From positions 62,001-84,332 of the forward strand of contig JAWLHK010000018.1 in the NCBI GenBank assembly GCA_041690355.1: 22,332 nt of DNA, written 5' to 3'. Within the stretch, counting starts at the first letter, position 1. Each line of letters opens with the position of its first letter. Positions 1 through 5,290 of this stretch are shown one piece after another. The notes below the pieces were generated by a model, which saw nothing but the letters and a program-made list of their open reading frames with translations, had not been told where the DNA came from and made no database searches. The position numbers were made by a program, and so were the translations under genes. Source of the stretch: a bacterium (GTDB lineage: Bacteria > J088 > JAWLBW01).

Positions 1-343
1 TAGCATCGACAATTTGCGCCCAGTTCGAGGTGAGAGCGATGACTATGTCATGGTGGACTAGCGGGTCAATGATGCCGAAAGTGCGGTCAGTTAGTCTTGT
101 CTTAGGAAAATGAATCGTTGCACACTCTGTGCGCTCTGGTTTGTATTTCCCATTCTCTTTAACGATAAAGTAAGGCCGTCCAGTTTGAGGGTGCTTCACA
201 ACCGTAAAACACGGGGGTAGGACATAGGACTCCGGGAAATAGCCATTCCTTAGAAGCCAGTTTTGAAGAGGCCGTTCTTCGAGGGCAAGTGCTAGCTCCC
301 GAGTTTGCTCATGATACTGGCGAAGGCGATTGATTGGATCCAT
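1..343 (-). CDS. N-terminal 114 aa of a probable Abi/UG-clade (defence-associated) reverse transcriptase; runs off the window edge
   Basis: Not in the ORF track. My translation from the ATG at 343 is open to the edge: MDPINRLRQYHEQTRELALALEERPLQNWLLRNGYFPESYVLPPCFTVVKHPQTGRPYFIVKENGKYKPERTECATIHFPKTRLTDRTFGIIDPLVHHDIVIALTSNWAQIVDA. LLxxGYFPxxxxLPPxF followed by FPK....R.FGIIDP resembles the N-terminal and RT-1 region of Abi/UG RTs. An SD-like GAGGA overlaps the upstream TGA. The catalytic YxDD is outside the window. Confidence 0.68.
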   Translation of the reverse strand, partial: MDPINRLRQYHEQTRELALALEERPLQNWLLRNGYFPESYVLPPCFTVVKHPQTGRPYFIVKENGKYKPERTECATIHFPKTRLTDRTFGIIDPLVHHDIVIALTSNWAQIVDA

Positions 344-353
344 CCGGACTTCC

Positions 354-1205
354 TCACCCCTTCTTTTGAAGAGCAGTTAACAGTGCACCGGCCACAATAC
401 CCATGACCTGGACAGCGGAACGCGCTTCTTCCGTGGAAACTCCTGAAACCCAAGGCCGACCGTGACCAGTTCCTTCTTTGTTGCGTAATGCGTTCACCGC
501 ACAGCCCATGTCATAAAGGGCGCGCTGGAAACGCTGTATCGCTGGCATCCTGGCCGGTTCTTGCCCAGCAGGTGCCTCAAACCCTACGGCTACGAATGCT
601 TGCCCTAACAATGTGGGAAAATTGGCGTGAGTTTGATAACTGCCGAAGCGTTCGCAGATCACATGAGCTGCTGTCGCTTCGAGAAGGTCTTTCCCTGTAC
701 CAAGCAACAAAGCAGCGTCTTCGCTGCCGCGCCGCGCTCGCCTAACATAGGCTTCCAAAGCGCGACTAAGGTCAATGCCAGAAAGTGTATCGAGGGAAAG
801 CGGGCTGAGCGTGCCGTCACGTCCCAATAAGTAGCCTTCTGCCTCAAAAGCCGCAATGGCATCTGTTACGGTATGCTCCCCGACAAAATTCGGGGAGTCC
901 TTTCGAAAGCCTCCTTTTGCTCGGATAACAGAAAGAAGTGCAGCAACGAATATCTCGCCTTTGACAGGCGCCTTATCGATGGCGTCCGATAGTATTGCTC
1001 GGACCCGCTTTGCTTTACCGACAACCTGGCCCTGAGCCTTTGGGTCCGCTGGAGTCAGACCTGCGCGATGTACTTGAAAATCAATGTCGGAGTGCGAGGG
1101 CTCACGGTGTCTATCTGACTGCGCATCGTTTACCAGGTTAGCGACGGCAACGATAATCGTGTCGGAGAGTGGGGCTCGAGGCCTCTTATCTGGGGGTAGA
1201 GTCAC
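354..1205 (-). CDS. Abortive infection family protein with C-terminal Abi_C (HEPN-like) domain
   Basis: 283-aa ORF with GTG start. The C-terminal half has the Abi_C pattern: GKDLLEATAAHV, FPTLLGQAF, and VNALRNKEGTGHGR (RNxxGxGHG, an Rx6H HEPN-type motif). Codon usage is more A/T-rich than in the core genes. Confidence 0.82.
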   Translation of the reverse strand: MTLPPDKRPRAPLSDTIIVAVANLVNDAQSDRHREPSHSDIDFQVHRAGLTPADPKAQGQVVGKAKRVRAILSDAIDKAPVKGEIFVAALLSVIRAKGGFRKDSPNFVGEHTVTDAIAAFEAEGYLLGRDGTLSPLSLDTLSGIDLSRALEAYVRRARRGSEDAALLLGTGKDLLEATAAHVICERFGSYQTHANFPTLLGQAFVAVGFEAPAGQEPARMPAIQRFQRALYDMGCAVNALRNKEGTGHGRPWVSGVSTEEARSAVQVMGIVAGALLTALQKKG

Positions 1206-1212
1206 AAAGCTA

Positions 1213-1241
1213 AGGGTAGCAGGAGGAGCCCCTTCGGTCTA
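1213..1241 (-). promoter_or_regulatory. Putative sigma70 promoter of the Abi_C-RT unit (leaderless-type)
   Basis: Minus strand reads TAGACC-N17-TACCCT with an extended -10 TG, 7 nt upstream of the GTG at 1205; no SD. Confidence 0.5.
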
Positions 1242-1479
1242 ACATCCATTGACCGGCCCCTCGCCGCCTTCCAACCCGGCGGGCGCCAGTCGAACGGTCG
1301 ACAGCGTTTGTCTCTCCCCCGGCAGGCAGGGCGAATTGGTACGCGACGGGCAGGATGCGATACGGCTTTCGTGCCAACACTATACCGAGCGACCGCTCTG
1401 GTAAGCAACCCAGCGATAGGGAGCCCACGCGGGGCTGGGGAAGGGGAACACTGTGACCGCGCGCCGCGCGGGCCGAGAC

Positions 1480-1812
1480 TCAACCGATGTCCTCAAGGTC
1501 GAGCGCAATCGTAAGGGCCCGGTCCAGCTCCTCGAGTTTCAGGGTTCCCAGGGACCCCACGAAATCGGTGAGCACTTCCTTGCGAAGCGACACCAAAGCG
1601 TCGCAGTGGATGCTGCTGTCGTGCTTGAGCCCTTCCGGGGCGCCGACGGGGACTTCGGTTTCGAGCCCATGATAGGCCGTGTAGACCGGTGCGCAGACCG
1701 CGGTCGAGAAACGGGAATCGAGAAGAACCTGCCGGCTGACGATCACGAAGACACGGGTCCGCTTCGGGTCGCCCGACGGGTGGCGCACCCGATACAGCTC
1801 GCCGCGCCTCAC
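1480..1812 (-). CDS. mazF: Type II toxin, PemK/MazF family endoribonuclease
   Basis: 110 aa. MRRGELYRV...[14 protein letters not shown]...[22 protein letters not shown]...[11 protein letters not shown] is a typical PemK-fold pattern. GTG start overlaps the antitoxin stop (GTGA). Confidence 0.9.
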   Translation of the reverse strand: MRRGELYRVRHPSGDPKRTRVFVIVSRQVLLDSRFSTAVCAPVYTAYHGLETEVPVGAPEGLKHDSSIHCDALVSLRKEVLTDFVGSLGTLKLEELDRALTIALDLEDIG

Positions 1813-2039
1813 TCGGCGTCCTGAAACGCGAGCACGTCTTCGACCTCTGCATTCAAGGCGTCAGCCAGCCGGTCGAGGCGTTTGCGTTCGCGCGCCTCAC
1901 GCGCGGCTTTTTCGTGCCGGACCACGTAGGCGGCGACCGCCTCTTCGATGAGCTCGGACCGGGACCGCTCGGCGTAGCCGCCGCGATCGAGCGCTTTCAG
2001 CAGGTCATCGTCGAGTGTGATGGATATCTTCCGCTTCAT
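1809..2039 (-). CDS. Ribbon-helix-helix (CopG/MazE-like) antitoxin
   Basis: 76 aa. [15 protein letters not shown]...[10 protein letters not shown] is an RHH signature; acidic C-terminus; 4-bp overlap with the toxin gene. Confidence 0.88.
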   Translation of the reverse strand: MKRKISITLDDDLLKALDRGGYAERSRSELIEEAVAAYVVRHEKAAREARERKRLDRLADALNAEVEDVLAFQDAE

Positions 2040-2077
2040 CCTACCGTCATCCTACCTTAACGATGAGGCCCGGTCAA
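2036..2077 (-). promoter_or_regulatory. TA operon promoter with tandem direct-repeat operator
   Basis: Minus strand TTGACC(2077-2072)-N17-TAGGAT(2054-2049). The 10-bp direct repeat GGTAGGATGA at 2047-2056 and 2036-2045 covers the -10 and the start codon. Confidence 0.6.
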
Positions 2078-2229
2078 GCCCGTCGCGCCTCGCAAGCTGC
2101 TCGTCGACCAGGGTAAGGATGGTCGCGGCTCCTCGGTTCACAGGGTGAAAACGGGCGCGGGATGGACTGAGCGGGCCCGCTCTTGCGCCGGAATCCTCTG
2201 CTTGATAGGTTTGGAGGTGAGGACAAAAA

Positions 2230-2442
2230 ATGCGATACGCAGTCGTGATCGAGAAGGCCGGGGACAACTATTCTGCATACGTGCCTGATCTCCCGGGGTG
2301 TGTTGCGACCGGCGCCACGCCGGAGGAAGTCGAAGCCGAGATTCAGTCGGCTATCGCCTTCCATCTGGAGGGCTTGCGCGAGGACGGTCTGCCCATCCCC
2401 GAGGCGGCAAGCAAGGTTAAGTACGTCGAAGTCGCCGCCTGA
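2230..2442 (+). CDS. hicB: HicB family antitoxin (short form, no DNA-binding domain)
   Basis: 70 aa, MRYAVVIEKAGDNYSAYVPDLPGCVATGATPEEV...AIAFHLEGLREDGLPIP; SD GGAGGTGAGG upstream. Confidence 0.92.
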   Translation: MRYAVVIEKAGDNYSAYVPDLPGCVATGATPEEVEAEIQSAIAFHLEGLREDGLPIPEAASKVKYVEVAA

Positions 2443-2455
2443 TTACCCCCCCCCG

Positions 2456-3019
2456 CTACGCAAACCGCGCCGCCCACGGCTCTCCCGCGACGCGGAAGGC
2501 ATTCACGACGAAACTCACGGCGTGATAGAGCCCGGCGAGCATGACCAGCTCGATGACCTGGTCTTCGCCGAAGTGCGTGCGCACGCGCGCCCAGGTGGCA
2601 TCGGAGACGGACGCGCCGGAATGCAGTTCGTCCACGAGGGCAAGGATGGCCAGCTGCTCCTCGGCCCACAGGGTGGCGTCGGGCGCCGGGCGGACGGTGT
2701 CGGCGATCTGGGCCTCGGTGAAACCGGCTTTGGCGCCGAAGATGGAGACGTGCACGCCCCACTCGTATTCGGCGTGGCAGAGGGCGCACGCGCGCAGGAT
2801 GACGAGCTCGCGCTGGGCCATCGAGATGCTCCCGCGGTCGAGCAGCCCGCCGCGCACCATGCGGCTGAGCACGCGCGGGTTGTGCGCCATGGTGCGGAAA
2901 ATGTTCAACGGTTCCATCCCGTCGGGCATGACGACGGCGAACGACTGCAGCACCTCCGCGGCATACGGCGGTTCGACGGGCGCGATGCGCGGCTGGGTGG
3001 AATTCACAGTGGTCGACAT
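2456..3019 (-). CDS. Carboxymuconolactone decarboxylase / AhpD-like family protein
   Basis: 187 aa. PLNIFRTMAHNP, RELVILR..ALCHAEYEWGVH, LVDELH....VSDATWARVR.HF...QVIELVMLAGLY; SD AAAGGAGG. Confidence 0.85.
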   Translation of the reverse strand: MSTTVNSTQPRIAPVEPPYAAEVLQSFAVVMPDGMEPLNIFRTMAHNPRVLSRMVRGGLLDRGSISMAQRELVILRACALCHAEYEWGVHVSIFGAKAGFTEAQIADTVRPAPDATLWAEEQLAILALVDELHSGASVSDATWARVRTHFGEDQVIELVMLAGLYHAVSFVVNAFRVAGEPWAARFA

Positions 3020-3038
3020 GGGCAGCCTCCTTTGGTAT

Positions 3039-3089
3039 GCTACGGAAAGCGTAGCTTTGTTTTAAGGATACTGCTACGGAAAGCGTAGC
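3039..3089. promoter_or_regulatory. Two identical palindromic operators, probably bound by the adjacent HxlR regulator
   Basis: GCTACG-gaaag-CGTAGC at 3039-3055 and 3073-3089, between the divergent CMD and HxlR genes. Confidence 0.72.
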
Positions 3090-3183
3090 GCAAGGGGAAT
3101 GGACATGTCAGGTCCGGTGTCCCTCTGGAGTGCGTGGAAACCAGCGACCAGCTACGAGCGACCAGCTACAGAAAGAGAATCTC

Positions 3184-3483
3184 ATGCCTGCCCACGAGCC
3201 TCCTGCCATCTTCCGCATCATCGAACTGCTGGGCCGCAAGTGGATCATGCGCATCATCTGGGAACTGCGGGAAGCGCCCCTGACCTTCCGTCAACTTCAG
3301 GCGGCGTGCGGCGGCGTGTCTCCGACGGTTCTCAATGCGCGCCTGCGCGACCTCGAAGAAGCCCGCCTCATCCACAAAGCGGAACCCAACGGATATACGC
3401 TCACGCCGCTGGGCAAGGAACTCCTGGTGGTGTATCAGCCGCTGAACGCCTGGGCGAAGCGGTGGGTGAAGGCGCTGGGGTGA
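3184..3483 (+). CDS. HxlR family winged-helix transcriptional regulator
   Basis: IELLGRKWIMRIIWEL...TFRQLQAACGGVSPTVLNARLRDLEEARLI...YTLTPLGKEL. The ATG at 3184 is preferred over the track's 3130 start, whose extension runs through a heptamer repeat. Confidence 0.9.
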   Translation: MPAHEPPAIFRIIELLGRKWIMRIIWELREAPLTFRQLQAACGGVSPTVLNARLRDLEEARLIHKAEPNGYTLTPLGKELLVVYQPLNAWAKRWVKALG

Positions 3484-3490
3484 TCCGCAG

Positions 3491-3626
3491 GCCACCTCAC
3501 CCCCGTCGGCGCGCAGGCGCCGTCGCCCCCTCTCCTTGGTAAGGAGAGGGGAAAAGGATACGGCGGCAGCCAAGGTCCTTTCCAGGTTCTTGCTGCCTCA
3601 GGAATCAAGAATCCGGAATCAGGAAT
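3491..3626 (+). repeat. Family B palindromic intergenic repeat plus GGAATCA heptamer array (copy 1)
   Basis: GCCACCTCACCCCCGTCGGCGC....GCGCCGTCG.CCCCTCTCCTT....AAGGAGAGGGG (3491-3551), then ggaatca-agaatcc-ggaatca-ggaat (3601-3626). Confidence 0.85.
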
Positions 3627-3652
3627 TGCAGCAGGCCCCACGCCCCTCCTCC

Positions 3653-3681
3653 TTGCCCCTGGTGCACCTAGATGGTAAGAT
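3653..3681 (+). promoter_or_regulatory. Putative sigma70 promoter of rpsU
   Basis: TTGCCC-N17-TAAGAT with an extended -10 TG. Confidence 0.5.
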
Positions 3682-3716
3682 CAACCCTTTGACCGTCGAA
3701 TCCAAACGAAGGGCAG

Positions 3717-3929
3717 GTGAACAGCGTGCGAGACGGTGGTGAAGTAGAAGTCCGAGGCGATCTCGAGAAGGCGATCCGCATTCTCAAGAAGAAACTGGCT
3801 CGCGAAGGTTTCTTCCGGGAAATGAAGAAGCGGAAACACTACGAAAAACCGAGTGTGAAGCGCCGGAAGAAGTCGCAGGAAGCCCAGAAGCGCCGCAAGA
3901 AAGTCGAACGCCGCGAGTCGGTGTCCTGA
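3717..3929 (+). CDS. rpsU: 30S ribosomal protein bS21
   Basis: [43 protein letters not shown] is a classic bS21 motif; the start codon is uncertain (GTG 3717 or 3726). Confidence 0.95.
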   Translation: MNSVRDGGEVEVRGDLEKAIRILKKKLAREGFFREMKKRKHYEKPSVKRRKKSQEAQKRRKKVERRESVS

Positions 3930-3957
3930 CCTGCCTGGAACACGGTTCCTGATTTCC

Positions 3958-3988
3958 AAAGCCCCATGCCTGTGCATGGGGCTTTTTT
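3958..3988 (+). terminator. Intrinsic terminator after rpsU
   Basis: aaaGCCCCATGC-ctgt-GCATGGGGC-tttttt. Confidence 0.9.
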
Positions 3989-4014
3989 CGTACCCTGGCC
4001 GCGCAAGCTGATCC

Positions 4015-4193
4015 CCCCGTCCTTCTCCACCCGGCGCAGCGGCAGCGGAGCCGCGGATGGAGAAGGAAGGGGCCGGGGGAAGGTAGAGGTTCCGAAGCGT
4101 GTTTTCGCGCCCTGAACCCCCCGTCCTTCTCCACCCGGCGCAGCGGCAGCGGAGCCGCGGATGGAGAAGGAAGGGGAAGGGGGAAGGTAGAGG
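4015..4193. repeat. Family A repeat block: two tandem 75-bp palindromic units (4015-4089, 4119-4193)
   Basis: CCCCGTCCTTCTCCA-cccggcgcagcggcagcggagccgcgga-TGGAGAAGGAAGGGG-(cc/aa)GGGGGAAGGTAGAGG, period 104 bp. Confidence 0.95.
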
Positions 4194-4245
4194 GAGACGC
4201 CGAAGGAAGTGGCACCCCCGCCCCCACGGCGGCCATAATGATCCG

Positions 4246-5079
4246 ATGCCCATCCTCGATCGCCCCGACGCACGAATCGCCTATGAAGTCGCCGGTACCG
4301 GCCAGCCGGTCCTCCTGATCCAGGGGGTCGGCGTGACGGGAAGCGGCTGGGGGCCGCAGGTCGAAGGGCTCCGGCACCGGTTTGCCGTGGCCACCTTCGA
4401 CAACCGGGGGATCGGCAAGAGCCTTCCCCTGCGCGGATCGGTCACCATCGAGGCCATGGCCGAAGACGCGGCCGCGGTACTCGATGCGCTCGGGTGGGAG
4501 AGCGCGCACGTCATGGGGCACTCCATGGGTGGCATCATCGCGCAGCAGTTCGCGCTCGCGTTTCCGCAACGCACGCGCAGCCTCGTGCTCCAGTGCACGA
4601 CGTCGCGCGGACCCGACGCCGCCCGGCTTACCCCGCGCCTTCTCGGATTGGGCCTGCGTGCCCGGATCGGAACCCGCGCCATGCGCCGCCGCGCCTTTCT
4701 CGAGATGCTCTATCCGGATGCGTGCCTCGACACCGTCGACGTCCCGCGGCTAGCCGAGGAGACCGGCGCGCTCATCGGCCGCGACCTGGCGGATCAGCCG
4801 AATGTCGTTTTCCGCCAGGTGCGGGCCATGGCGAAACACGATGCCGAGCATCGGCTCGGCGAGCTGAAGGGAATCCCCACGCTGGTGATGGCCGGCGCCC
4901 ACGATCCGATCGGGCGGCCGGAATGCGGCCGGCGGCTTGCCGCGGCGATTCCCGGCGCCGTGTACGAGGAATATGCGGATGCCTCGCACGGCCTTCCGCT
5001 CCACTTCCCCGACCAGGTCAACGCGCGCCTGCTTGCCTTTCTCGAGTCGATCAAAGGCGCGGCCATTCCTGAAGCCTGA
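4246..5079 (+). CDS. Alpha/beta fold hydrolase (MenH/PcaD-like)
   Basis: G.PVLLIQG, FDNRGIGKS, nucleophile elbow GHSMGG, PTLVMAGAHD, ASHGL. Probable start is the ATG at 4246; the track's upstream extension is repeat DNA. Confidence 0.92.
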   Translation: MPILDRPDARIAYEVAGTGQPVLLIQGVGVTGSGWGPQVEGLRHRFAVATFDNRGIGKSLPLRGSVTIEAMAEDAAAVLDALGWESAHVMGHSMGGIIAQQFALAFPQRTRSLVLQCTTSRGPDAARLTPRLLGLGLRARIGTRAMRRRAFLEMLYPDACLDTVDVPRLAEETGALIGRDLADQPNVVFRQVRAMAKHDAEHRLGELKGIPTLVMAGAHDPIGRPECGRRLAAAIPGAVYEEYADASHGLPLHFPDQVNARLLAFLESIKGAAIPEA

Positions 5080-5088
5080 TCCTGAACT

Positions 5089-5267
5089 CCCCGTCCTTCT
5101 CCACCCGGCGCAGCGGCAGCGGAGCGGCGGATGGAGAAGGAAGGGGCCGGGGGAAGGTAGAGGGTCCGAAGCTTGTTTTCGCTCCCTGATCTCCCCGTCC
5201 TTCTCCACCCGGCGCAGCGGCAGCGGAGCCGCGGATGGAGAAGGAAGGGGAAGGGGGAAGGTAGAGG
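5089..5267. repeat. Family A repeat block: two tandem 75-bp units (5089-5163, 5193-5267)
   Basis: Near-identical direct copy of 4015-4193, including the 29-bp linker (tccgaagc.tgttttcgc.ccctga). Confidence 0.95.
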
Positions 5268-5290
5268 CCCCGCCTCGATCCCCCCCCCGC

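Noticed and set aside
1360-1377. Sigma54 promoter (TGGCACG on the minus strand)
   Set aside because: The -12 TTGC element is missing at the required spacing (the sequence reads aaagCCGT).
2078-2229. hicA toxin gene upstream of hicB
   Set aside because: No ORF with the HicA GSH motif in any frame that I could read.
3681-4273. ORFs containing repeated peptides such as PSPSAAPLPLRRVEKDG or LLHPRLRCRCAGWRR
   Set aside because: These are translations of the family A DNA repeat, not repeat proteins.
4015-5267. CRISPR array reading of the 75-bp repeats with 29-bp linkers
   Set aside because: The repeats are too long, there are only two units per block, the two 'spacers' are nearly identical to each other, and no cas genes are present.
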